A program made the position numbers and the translations under genes. Below are positions 36,884 through 47,300 of a stretch of 64,000 bases of DNA, piece after piece. Numbering within the stretch: the first letter of the stretch is position 1; each line of letters begins with the position of its first letter. Origin of the DNA: a virus (lineage: Duplodnaviria > Caudoviricetes); IMG/VR virus record IMGVR_UViG_3300044267_003893, positions 1-64,000 of that record. One strand, given 5' to 3'. The notes below the pieces were generated by a model. It was not told the origin of the DNA, did no database searches, and saw only the letters and a program-made list of their open reading frames with translations.

Positions 36884-39391
36884 CTATTCAATTGTTTTTA
36901 ATCTTCTTTGTCTTCTCTTAATCCCAAATGGAGCTATTGGCACACTTCCTCCCATATTCATATATGGATTTTGTTGTTGTTGTTGCATCATTAAATATTG
37001 CATCATTTGTGGATTTTGATAAGGATTCATATTGCTATCAGCATCATAAAAACCTCTATTATAAGGATTTATAACAACATCTGCTCCAGGAGTTTCTGGT
37101 GTTTTGCTATCCAATCCTGTATTAATTAAATCAGAAAGCATAGTATCTGCAGCATCTGTACTTATAATTCCATCAGCTCTTAATTGTTTTATTCTACCTA
37201 ACTTAGTTTCGTATGCTCCTTTATCATAACTTTCTGTTGGATAAAATTTATTATAATCTATAATATCAACCATACCAGCTTTTCCAGGATCAATATCAAA
37301 ATGTGGATATAATGTATTTAAATTATAAGTTTTTGCTCTATTAGTTTCTCTATTTACAATTTGTCTTCTAATAGAATCATTAGCCTGTCTCATTGCATTA
37401 TCATAATTTTCTTCTGTTAAATTTACTTTATCAGCATAATCAGACATTGCTCTTTTATTTGCTTCTTCAAATTGATTTAATATTTGTGCATTTCTAGTTT
37501 GAGCATCTCCATATAGTTGTATGTTTTTATTATCTGTTTCTGCTTGCACATTAGCCATTTGACCCATAGCTTCTCCTTGAGCTTTAGCTACAACAGCAGC
37601 AGCTCTTTTAGGTCCAGCAAAAGCTCTAGCAGTATCTCCAGCTTGAGCAGCTAATTCTGCTATTTTAGCATATTGTCTTTTTGGATCTACATACATAGGG
37701 TCAACTAATGTAGGTTCAAATTGTGTTAATGTAGGATAACGTTTTTTAATTCCAAATTTATCTAATACAGCAGCTGATAAATTTATATTATCTTGTTTCC
37801 AATAATCAGGAACTTTGGCTTCATATTTTTTATCAACTGGTAAATTATATTTAGGAAGTTCTTCTTCTGCTTCAGGTGTATACTTTGAAGTCATATATGT
37901 ATTAATAAAATTATCTCCAGCTAAACCATCTACATTAGATAATGTTCCTTCAGCTCCTGTATTGTCATCTTGCTGTGGTCCTGTCATATTCATATTAAGA
38001 CCAATATTTTTAAAGCCTTCTTCATACATAGGCATTCTTCCCATACTATTTAAAGCAACATGAGCATTTTGCACCTTTTCAATTTCATCATTATTTAAAC
38101 CAGATCCATCAAAATCAGTTTCGTTTTTTAATCTATCAATTGCTTGATTATATTTATCATTACTTCCATCCCAATCTCCACTTTGAAAATAATCTTCTTC
38201 AAATGTATTGTGCATTAAATTTTTTATCTTATTATCTTTAACAAGTAAATTATCTATTTCTTTCTTTTGCTCTGAACTTAATTCCTCTTCACCTATTTGC
38301 TGTGCATAGTGTGAATAAAAAGCTTCTCTTAATTCTTTATTTCTATCATCATTCCAATTAGTTCCAAAATCAGTTATTGAAGGATTTTCTGTTTCTGTTC
38401 CTTCATCTGCTCTTGGTATAAATGTAGAAAGATCTCCACCAAATCTCATTATTGGTGCTGCTGCAGGTTGAGCCATAGCTTGTGGTGGAGGCATCATTTG
38501 TTGAGGTGGTGGTCCTTGTGGGGGCATCATAGATTGTTGAGGAGCAGCACCTACAGGGGGACCAGGTGGCATCATCTCTTGTTGAGGTGGTGCTTGATTT
38601 GTTTCTGGACCTCCTATAAAACTTTGAAGAATTTTAAATTTTTCTTGATCAGTAGGTTCCATTTCTAAACTTTGCATTGCCATGCTTTCTTTTTTATTTA
38701 ATTGATCTATTGTCTTTGCATATTTAGTGGGATCAATTCCTTTTTCTCTAAGATATGGATAAGCTGCAACAGGTACACCCTCTTCAAATCCTTTCTTTGC
38801 TTCTTGTATAAAAGCTAAATGAGATAATTTTTTTTTATTTTTATCTAACATATATTCTGCAGTATCATTTGCAATATGATCTGATTGAGGATCATTAAGT
38901 ATTTCAGAATATTTATTTAATGGAAATTTTTTTGAAACCCATGCTGGAGTTTTTTTCTTATTTTCATGAACATTCATTTCTGCCATTTCATCCTTACTAA
39001 GTTTCATAACTCTTGTATCAGAATAAATAAATGATTGATCAGGTAGATCTAAAGGTGTTCCACCTTCATGATGTCTTTTACCACCTATAGTATATAATTC
39101 AAATGAACCATCAAAATTTAAATCTGTTAAAACTGTTTCTCCTTTTTCAGCTTCAATATTAGATTCTTCTCTTTTATCAGGTCCTAAAGTATTTTGAACT
39201 TTACCAGCTGATGGAAAAAATGGAATTTCATTATCACCTTCTCCTCCATTCATAAATTGAGGAAATGTAACTAATCCAAATTTATATTGATCTCCTGTAG
39301 TAAATCCACCTTCTTTTACAGACTTAATAATTTTTCCATTTGATACTTTATATCCTTTTGGTAATTTATTTATTTTTACTTTTTTTTTCAT
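36884..39391 (-). CDS. Internal (cargo) virion protein with xxGG motifs and a Pro/Gln low-complexity tract
   Basis: NIEAEKGETV...GGKRHHEGGTPL signature, recalled from crAss-like cargo proteins. Motifs KEGG, MNGG, RFGG, NMGG. Confidence 0.65.
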   Translation of the reverse strand: MKKKVKINKLPKGYKVSNGKIIKSVKEGGFTTGDQYKFGLVTFPQFMNGGEGDNEIPFFPSAGKVQNTLGPDKREESNIEAEKGETVLTDLNFDGSFELYTIGGKRHHEGGTPLDLPDQSFIYSDTRVMKLSKDEMAEMNVHENKKKTPAWVSKKFPLNKYSEILNDPQSDHIANDTAEYMLDKNKKKLSHLAFIQEAKKGFEEGVPVAAYPYLREKGIDPTKYAKTIDQLNKKESMAMQSLEMEPTDQEKFKILQSFIGGPETNQAPPQQEMMPPGPPVGAAPQQSMMPPQGPPPQQMMPPPQAMAQPAAAPIMRFGGDLSTFIPRADEGTETENPSITDFGTNWNDDRNKELREAFYSHYAQQIGEEELSSEQKKEIDNLLVKDNKIKNLMHNTFEEDYFQSGDWDGSNDKYNQAIDRLKNETDFDGSGLNNDEIEKVQNAHVALNSMGRMPMYEEGFKNIGLNMNMTGPQQDDNTGAEGTLSNVDGLAGDNFINTYMTSKYTPEAEEELPKYNLPVDKKYEAKVPDYWKQDNINLSAAVLDKFGIKKRYPTLTQFEPTLVDPMYVDPKRQYAKIAELAAQAGDTARAFAGPKRAAAVVAKAQGEAMGQMANVQAETDNKNIQLYGDAQTRNAQILNQFEEANKRAMSDYADKVNLTEENYDNAMRQANDSIRRQIVNRETNRAKTYNLNTLYPHFDIDPGKAGMVDIIDYNKFYPTESYDKGAYETKLGRIKQLRADGIISTDAADTMLSDLINTGLDSKTPETPGADVVINPYNRGFYDADSNMNPYQNPQMMQYLMMQQQQQNPYMNMGGSVPIAPFGIKRRQRRLKTIE

Positions 39392-42321
39392 TATAGATAT
39401 TCTATTTCTGCTCCAAGAGCCATTAATCTTTCTATTTCATCTTCTTCTAATTCTATTGTTGTATCAACATCATCATAGTCTCTCATTCTTAATTGTTCTG
39501 TTCTACCACCTTCATCAAAATTATACTTAACACTTAAACCAAAACTAGGATTTGTAGAAGGTGCAGGAAAATATTGATTTAATACTTCTTGTGGTACATC
39601 ATCACTTACAAATCTTTGATCTTCAAAACCAATTCTTGGTGTTAAAGAAATATTAGAATCTCCTATAGGAAAGTTTCTACTAAGACTCATCCCCTTCATT
39701 TTCATATCTACATAAGGATCTATAGCTTGTTCATTCATAAACATTCCTAAATTATATTTAGGTCCCGTATATGAAGCATATTGAGGTAAATTAAGATCTA
39801 TCATTTCTGTTCCATGTGATCCTTGTCTAGCTCTTACACGTTTATCTTGAAATTGATAACCTGTATTAATATCAGTATCACCTCTACTACTTCTACTATC
39901 AGTTTGAAATTGATTTTGAGCTAATCCTCTAGCAACCATATCTGGTTTATCTGCTGCTTCACTGATTTGATTAAATAATCCCATACCTTGCATAACTGCT
40001 TCATAAGCTTTTTCAAAACCTCTACCATCTCCTTTTTCTTTTTCTTCTCTTACTTCATCTACTTCTGTTACTTGATTTTCACAAGCTTCTTGACATTTAA
40101 CCGTATCTGATGCAGGTATATTTGCATCACAAGAACATAGTTCAGAATCTTCTGATATATCTTCTGTCATTGTAGTTTGTGGAATATAATTACCATCTTC
40201 ATCTAATCTATATGCTGGTGATCCTCCTTCAGCCATTTGTTGTTGATTATAATAATCATCCATTTTAGCATAAATAAGATCTGCATCTTTATTTAATTGA
40301 CTATAAGCAGCAGGATCAATATCATCTATATTTAATCCTCCAGCTACTGCAGAAGCTCCCATAGCATAAGGTGCTCCCTTTTTTATTTGTGACCAGCTAG
40401 GCATTAAACTAGGTATTTTATCTACATATGGTGTTAGCTTTGTTGCACTAGGTGCTACTTTAGATACAAGTGGTATTGCTTTTTGTGCTGCACCTTTAAC
40501 TAAACCTGCTCCAACATATGTCATTGGATCAGTAGCTAAATCTACTGCAAGTTTTGGTAACCAATGAGAGTTTTCCATTCCTATAACATCAGATACATAT
40601 TTAGCATCACCTTGAAGAGTATCAAACTCAAAATCTCCACTCATTCTAGGCACAACACCCTTCCAATTAAACTCACCATCTCCTGTTCCTGCTAGTCCTT
40701 CTATACCTTCAACAATAAGATTTTTAGGTATACTTATTACATCTAATGCATGAGAGATAGGAGCTAAGAAAGTATCATAAGCCAGATCTCCAAGAAATCC
40801 CCAAGAGTTAGGACCTTCTCCCCATCCATAATTTACCTTTTGTTTACTCTCTGGTTCTTGTTGTACTTCATAAAGTTTTAATGCTTCTTCTGGTGTTATT
40901 CCACTTTCCGCAGCAAAAGCATCTATTGAAGCTTGAAAATCTAATTCTTCTTGAGTCATTGCTGGTCCATATAAACCTATTTCACTAATTGGTGCTGGAC
41001 CAGTATAACCAACAGAACCAGGATCTCCTGGTTTTATACCAAGCTCACGTTCACGTTCAGCCATTTTCATTTTTGCATCAGCTATTTTATTTACATCTGA
41101 ACTTGGTGCAGGACGTTGTGATAAATCTGGATGTGTATAATATGATAATAACTCATCCTCTGTTACACCAAGTTTATTTCTTACGTACTTCTTTTCAAAA
41201 CCACTAAGTGAATCATACTTTCTTTCTCCTTCTGGTTTATATCTTTCATCCCAAACTTCTTGAGAAGATACTCCAAGTAAGTCTTGAAGTTGTTTATGTT
41301 TAGCATATTCATCAGCTGATCTATAATCCCATTGACCATATTGATCATGTAAACGTTTCTGTCTTTTAGCTTCAGTTACATAATCTTCAAGGTTCATGTC
41401 TTTATACATATCACCACGTTTTTCATATACACTTTGCCAATCAATTTCCTTACCTTCTGGAGCTTGGCTTATTGTATTTATAGGTTTAGGTACATCCATT
41501 TGACTTGCTGGTGTAGGGAGAGGTTTCTCTATTTCAAAACCAATTTGTGCAGGTGAGTATGAAAACTTTCTACTAGTACCTTCACGATCTTTAGTTTCAA
41601 TATTTCCTTCTTTATCACTAATCAAACTTCCAGAAAGAGTATTGTCATCTTTATTGAATCCTATATATGCTGCACCTGGATTTTCATCACTAAATATATC
41701 TCCTTCAAGTTTATCTCCAGCATATGTTATTTCTCTTGTAGTAGGATCAAATCCTGTTACTTTTTGAAATTTTTCTGGATTAGCTTCATGTCTTGCATTA
41801 AGATTTGCTATTACATGATCACTTTTTATTTTATTCCAATAGTCTTCATATTCATCTTTATTCATTAACTTTGTTGGATTGAATTTATCATAATACATTG
41901 TTTCATCACTTGTATTATGTAATGTCCACTCTTTCTTTCTTAAAGGATTTTTTTTAGGATCAAATTCTTCTCTATAAGTACCGTCTTCATTAAACAAATA
42001 ATCTTGTTGTTTATCAAATAGTCTATTAGTTTTATTTCTATCTCTTTCTATTTTAGATGTTGTAAATTCACCTTCTGCATATGGATCAAATTCTTCTCCA
42101 TCAAGTTCTAAATCATAACCTTCTGTACCAGAAGTATAACGTTGAACTAAATGAGGATTATTAAGAAAATTAACACTAGTATCATCTATTAAATCAAGTG
42201 GATCTTGATATTGATTTAAATCTACACCTTGATTAGCTTTAACTAAACCTCCAAGGTTTAAGTAATCTAAATAATTATAAAAATCTATAGGATTAATATA
42301 TTGACTTGGATAATTACTCAT
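39391..42321 (-). CDS. Internal (cargo) virion protein with a hydrophobic hairpin and xxGG motifs
   Basis: 976 aa. LAVDLATDPMTYVGAGLVKG, NLGG, MAEGG, FDEGG. TAATG coupling to the next gene. Confidence 0.6.
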   Translation of the reverse strand: MSNYPSQYINPIDFYNYLDYLNLGGLVKANQGVDLNQYQDPLDLIDDTSVNFLNNPHLVQRYTSGTEGYDLELDGEEFDPYAEGEFTTSKIERDRNKTNRLFDKQQDYLFNEDGTYREEFDPKKNPLRKKEWTLHNTSDETMYYDKFNPTKLMNKDEYEDYWNKIKSDHVIANLNARHEANPEKFQKVTGFDPTTREITYAGDKLEGDIFSDENPGAAYIGFNKDDNTLSGSLISDKEGNIETKDREGTSRKFSYSPAQIGFEIEKPLPTPASQMDVPKPINTISQAPEGKEIDWQSVYEKRGDMYKDMNLEDYVTEAKRQKRLHDQYGQWDYRSADEYAKHKQLQDLLGVSSQEVWDERYKPEGERKYDSLSGFEKKYVRNKLGVTEDELLSYYTHPDLSQRPAPSSDVNKIADAKMKMAERERELGIKPGDPGSVGYTGPAPISEIGLYGPAMTQEELDFQASIDAFAAESGITPEEALKLYEVQQEPESKQKVNYGWGEGPNSWGFLGDLAYDTFLAPISHALDVISIPKNLIVEGIEGLAGTGDGEFNWKGVVPRMSGDFEFDTLQGDAKYVSDVIGMENSHWLPKLAVDLATDPMTYVGAGLVKGAAQKAIPLVSKVAPSATKLTPYVDKIPSLMPSWSQIKKGAPYAMGASAVAGGLNIDDIDPAAYSQLNKDADLIYAKMDDYYNQQQMAEGGSPAYRLDEDGNYIPQTTMTEDISEDSELCSCDANIPASDTVKCQEACENQVTEVDEVREEKEKGDGRGFEKAYEAVMQGMGLFNQISEAADKPDMVARGLAQNQFQTDSRSSRGDTDINTGYQFQDKRVRARQGSHGTEMIDLNLPQYASYTGPKYNLGMFMNEQAIDPYVDMKMKGMSLSRNFPIGDSNISLTPRIGFEDQRFVSDDVPQEVLNQYFPAPSTNPSFGLSVKYNFDEGGRTEQLRMRDYDDVDTTIELEEDEIERLMALGAEIEYL

Positions 42322-42352
42322 ATTTTTTATTTTTTATAAACTATTCTATATT

Positions 42353-42364
42353 ATAATATACTAA
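42353..42364 (-). promoter_or_regulatory. Candidate phage late-promoter motif (TTAGTATATTAT)
   Basis: In a 65-nt intergenic gap, 31 nt upstream of the ATG at 42321. Identical to the 6041 copy. Confidence 0.5.
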
Positions 42365-42386
42365 ATATTAAGGAGATAATCTAATT

Positions 42387-44321
42387 TTATAGTTTTGAAG
42401 TATAGCTATCATCTCTTCCTATTACTTTACCATCTCCATCAAAATCATATTTATTTAAATATTGTGATCTATCTAATACATTCTCATCTGATTGATCTTT
42501 TGGTCTTTCAAATATTCTCATAAATGCACCAGTTGCATAAGTTGGATTTTTATAATCATTTTTTAAATATTTTTCCATACTACGTTCTGTCATAGCATAA
42601 TCAATTTGACCTTGCCAATTTGTTTTCCAATCTTCTCCTACAAAGTTTTTCATTTTTTCTAATCTAGATTTATGGTGTTGAAATAATCCTCCAGATGTAC
42701 CGCTATCTCCCATTACACCTGGTCTAAATCCAGATTCATGTTCTATATTAGCAACTATACCTACTACTTGATTTTCAGTTAAATTAGGATTTTTATATTT
42801 AATATATTCATATACATCATTTGCTGTAGGTTTAGATTTATTTTTAATATATTTTTTATCTGCTTGAATCATACCTAATTTAACAAATTCATGTTTCATT
42901 GTGTTAGATATAGTATCACCAGCTAAATATCTTTTATATTCATTTTTTAATCTATTTTGTTTTTTATGGAACTTACCTTCTAGATCTCCATTAAATTCCA
43001 TCTTTTCTATTTCTTCTTTTGAATATTTATTTAAAAACTTATTAGCTATATTAGGTGGTAATGTATTTAAAATATAATGCTCAAAACTTTTTGATTCATC
43101 ATATTTTTCATTAACCTCTCTAAACTGCTTCATAAATTCATATGGAGTTTTACTTTTAGATTCAAGATCTTCTCCATATAAATCAGGAAACATTTCACCT
43201 AAAGATGATCCATCTCTATATGTACCTTCTATAAATTTTTTTGTATTAGGTTCTCCCATAAAATTAATTAATCCAGCTATTTCTGTTTGAGTATACGGAA
43301 TATTTAAATTTCTATATTCATTCTGTATTTCTTTAGCTGCTTTCTCCATACTTCTTGAATTTTCATTTAACACTCCATTAATCTTATTGTCAAATATTTC
43401 ATTTTGTTTTTCTATATCATTCTTATATTCATCTAAAGTACCGCCATATATACCAGCATCTTTTAATACAGAATAATCTTGACCATATAAACCAGAAGAA
43501 AAATCATTATATTTTTCTGTATTAATTATACCAGCTTTTAATAAATTTTTATCTACTCCAGGATACCATATATTTTCAAATTCTTCTCCAAAACCTTCTG
43601 CTAACTTATCATTTTCATGTGTTATATTTTGCCTATTAGGAATAGTATCATTATAAAAAGTACTGTCTTCTCCTATATTATAAACAAACCCATGACCATG
43701 AGGGTCTTCTACTTTATCTGGCTCTATTGAAGCTAATATATTTTTATATTCTTGAGTATCTTGATAACCATTATCTTTATAAGTTTTCCACTTATTCCCA
43801 TATGAAACAGAATTAAAACCACCAGCACCTTTAACAGAACCTTTACGTCCATCATAAAATTTATATGTTCTATTTAAGTCTACATTTTCATGGCCTGGAT
43901 TATAAAAATCTATATGAAAATGAGCAGCACCTGGTCTTCCTCTTTCATCTAATATTCTCATATTATGTTTTTTTAAAAACTCTTTTCCGTGTGGAGTTAA
44001 AGTATGTATATGGTCATGAGCATTAAATTTTTTTGTTCCTTGATTTGGTGCAATTTCATAATCTTCAAAAAAGAAATCTAATAAAGCCCTATGCTCATTA
44101 CTTGTAGAACTTATGTCTAAAGCACTTGCATGTGCGTGACTTGATGCCTTTTTATGCTTTGTTCTATATGCACTATTTAAACGAAATAAATAATCTTCTG
44201 TTTCTCCTATTTGACCCATAAGATCATAAAGAGCAACCATAGCATGTTCGTCTAGTTGTGTTTTCTGAGGATTACTTCCTATTTCATATCCTTTATCACC
44301 ATACATTTGTTTTGACTCCAT
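42387..44321 (-). CDS. Multidomain virion peptidoglycan hydrolase: N-terminal M15/LAS-type peptidase plus C-terminal phage-tail lysozyme
   Basis: LNSAYR...SSHAHASALDIS (H-x6-D) and AHFHIDF (HxH). C-terminal VVGIVANIEHESGF...GGLFQH...QIDYAMTE...FMRIFERP. Confidence 0.8.
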   Translation of the reverse strand: MESKQMYGDKGYEIGSNPQKTQLDEHAMVALYDLMGQIGETEDYLFRLNSAYRTKHKKASSHAHASALDISSTSNEHRALLDFFFEDYEIAPNQGTKKFNAHDHIHTLTPHGKEFLKKHNMRILDERGRPGAAHFHIDFYNPGHENVDLNRTYKFYDGRKGSVKGAGGFNSVSYGNKWKTYKDNGYQDTQEYKNILASIEPDKVEDPHGHGFVYNIGEDSTFYNDTIPNRQNITHENDKLAEGFGEEFENIWYPGVDKNLLKAGIINTEKYNDFSSGLYGQDYSVLKDAGIYGGTLDEYKNDIEKQNEIFDNKINGVLNENSRSMEKAAKEIQNEYRNLNIPYTQTEIAGLINFMGEPNTKKFIEGTYRDGSSLGEMFPDLYGEDLESKSKTPYEFMKQFREVNEKYDESKSFEHYILNTLPPNIANKFLNKYSKEEIEKMEFNGDLEGKFHKKQNRLKNEYKRYLAGDTISNTMKHEFVKLGMIQADKKYIKNKSKPTANDVYEYIKYKNPNLTENQVVGIVANIEHESGFRPGVMGDSGTSGGLFQHHKSRLEKMKNFVGEDWKTNWQGQIDYAMTERSMEKYLKNDYKNPTYATGAFMRIFERPKDQSDENVLDRSQYLNKYDFDGDGKVIGRDDSYTSKL

Positions 44322-44331
44322 AAATATAATT

Positions 44332-47300
44332 TTATCTTATTGATAGATTTATTTTAGTATTAACTAATTTAAGTATCATTTTTCTTGTATGAAGAAAAGC
44401 TGCTGGATCTATAGGATTTCCTAATTCATCAAATATTTCAGGAACATTATTAATATTTGTATAAATTTGTTCTCCCTCATATATACATGTACCATCATCA
44501 ACTGTTGCTTCTGGATAATAATTTAATGCTGTTGAGTCCATGCAACCACAAATAGATCCTGGAGGACATACGTTTTGAGCATATATACAAGTACAATTAT
44601 CAGCAGTAGCACCACCAAAATAATTTAATGCACTAGGATCTGTACATCCTGGAACACAACCTTCTTCAAGAATAGGTCCTTCTCCACATGGAAAACATGG
44701 TTCAGGTATTTCAGGAATTTGAATAGCAGGATTTACAAAATATTGAACTCTCTTTTTTAGAATTAAATTATTAGTATAATGTCTGAATTTTTTACGTTCT
44801 AATTGTGGTTTATCATAATTCATATAAGAAGCATTTAAGTCTCTTATATAACCATTTAATTGAGTTATAAAAATTGATTCAGATATATTTCTATCATTTG
44901 TGATATCCCAAAATTGATCAAATCTATATTTTTGTTCTACTTTACTATATAGTATTTGTATATCTTCAGTTCCTATTATTGGATATTGTAATGTGTCATT
45001 TATATTTGCTGTTTGTTGATTTAATACTAATAAGCCTGAAACCTGTTCAGAATTATATATAATAGCTTCATCAAAATTATACATTAAATCATGCCATCTA
45101 TCATCACATCCAAAATTTAATACACAACCATCTGCATCAAATTTTGGTTTATATTGATATGATTCTAATTGATACTCAATACTTCTTACTGTATTAACAG
45201 ACTGACCCATACTTTCAACAAGTTCTATTTCCCAAGGATATTGTACTGAATAATAATTATTAAATAAATCACAACGTACATTATGTTTCCATATACCTCC
45301 TCCTTGATATGTAGGTTCTACAAATGCTTGTTTATCAAATTGACACATTGCAGGATTTTCATTAACATATGTCCATTCTTCTCCTGTACCTGGATGTACT
45401 CCATAAAATTCTGAATACCCCCATAAATAAGGATCATCACAATCACCATATTCAGTTAACCATACATAAGGATCTATATCATCAGGTAGATTAGGAACTG
45501 TTAAATCATAATCTTCTAATACAGGACATGAACATTCTATCTTTATACATTTTGGTGGAAAGAAAGGATTTGTAGCTACTAGCTCACCATTTATAAGTTG
45601 ATAATTAGCAAAAGTATCACCAACTTGAGTGTATCCTTCAGGACATTCACATTCACAAGGATTAAACATGTTTTGTATCAATTGATTGAGTATAGGTCCA
45701 TAATCATCACAAGGTCCGTTTGCATATTGATACAGATAAGGTTGAGATTGAGTTGGTCCAAATCCATATGCATACTCTCCCTGATCACTACAAGATGAGT
45801 TAAGTAATCCGGCTTGAGCATAGTCTGGAAGATCTTCAAAACATGCAGCTACTGGATTAGCAAATACAGCAAATACTTCAGTTCCTGAATAACAAATATC
45901 AGCAGCATCACCACCAAATCCACCCTGACTTAATTGATCACTTAATAAAAATAAAATATTTCTAAAATTAGAACAAGAATATCTATCATTATAAGTTCCA
46001 TCACCACATTGAACAGTCGTACTACCTATTGGCAATGCAGATTCTTCAGTATTCATCAGGTTCTCAAATCCTGCATCTAATCCTTCTTGTATATCTGTTC
46101 CACCACCAAAAGGATTTTGAGCATTTGGACATATACCCCAATTTGTAAACATTGGTGTACTTTCAGATTCACCAGTATTAGACCAAAGAGTATATCCTGC
46201 TTGTATATATCCTGCATTAGCATAAGGTTGAAGTAATTCCATAAGACCACAAGCAAAACCCCATTCTGCTCCATATACACCCCCAGAATATGTTGATCCA
46301 GAAGCATCCATACTAAAAACTATATTCATTGGATCTACAGTTATTTCCGGGTCACAACAATCAACAACGTCTATATCTATTTGAGCAGGTTGAAGTTCTT
46401 GTATTTTATATTCACATTCACCTGTATCTGGATTATATAAAAATCCATCAACACAAGTAGGATATGGAAGAGGTCTTGTATTTGTTGTCATAAAATGGTT
46501 ATGACTTTGTATATTAAGTTCTGGATGCCAATCATGAAAAGATACCCATCCTTTTATTTTTGGATCATAACTTGCTGTCCATGATACATCTTTAAAGTAA
46601 TCACTATCTTGTATATCAATTTCTGTTATTACATCATTATACACAGGATCAACACACTCTCTATCTTCACAAACTTTAGCAGCACAATGAACTTGTATAG
46701 TCTCATCAAAACAATCAGTATCTGTAGCTGGTATATCTGTTCCATATAATACTAACTCATATTCTTCTCCGAGATGACTACAATCACAATATTCATCAAA
46801 AGGCTCCGGTAATGGAGGCAACTCATCACAGACAAGACATCCATCAATCAAAGCACTTTGTAATGTAGGTTTAATTTGTTGTTTTAGTTGTATAGGATTA
46901 TATTTCCAATTTTTAGAATAATCATTAACATATGCTACATTTGGAAGACAATCAGGATCACTTGCCTGATCTTCACCACACCCATAATAAGATAATATTC
47001 CTGACGCTTGAAAAGATGGTACCATATATAAAGGTCCACTTCCTATAGTTATAGGTTCAGTAGTTGGATCTGCAAGTTGGAAGAAAGGTAATTCAAAGTT
47101 ATATACAGCACCCGTTTCCATTTCAGTTAAAGGTTCAGCAGTTGTACCTTGCCATGTAACACCACAATCAAATCCTGAAGGAGATCCTCTTTTACAATTA
47201 TTTAAGGGGCCTGGTCCTGCAGCATCATAATCATAACCTGTATCATCAAGTGAATCAGGATTGTATAACCAAGGGCTAGTAAAATTAAAAGACCCTCCAG

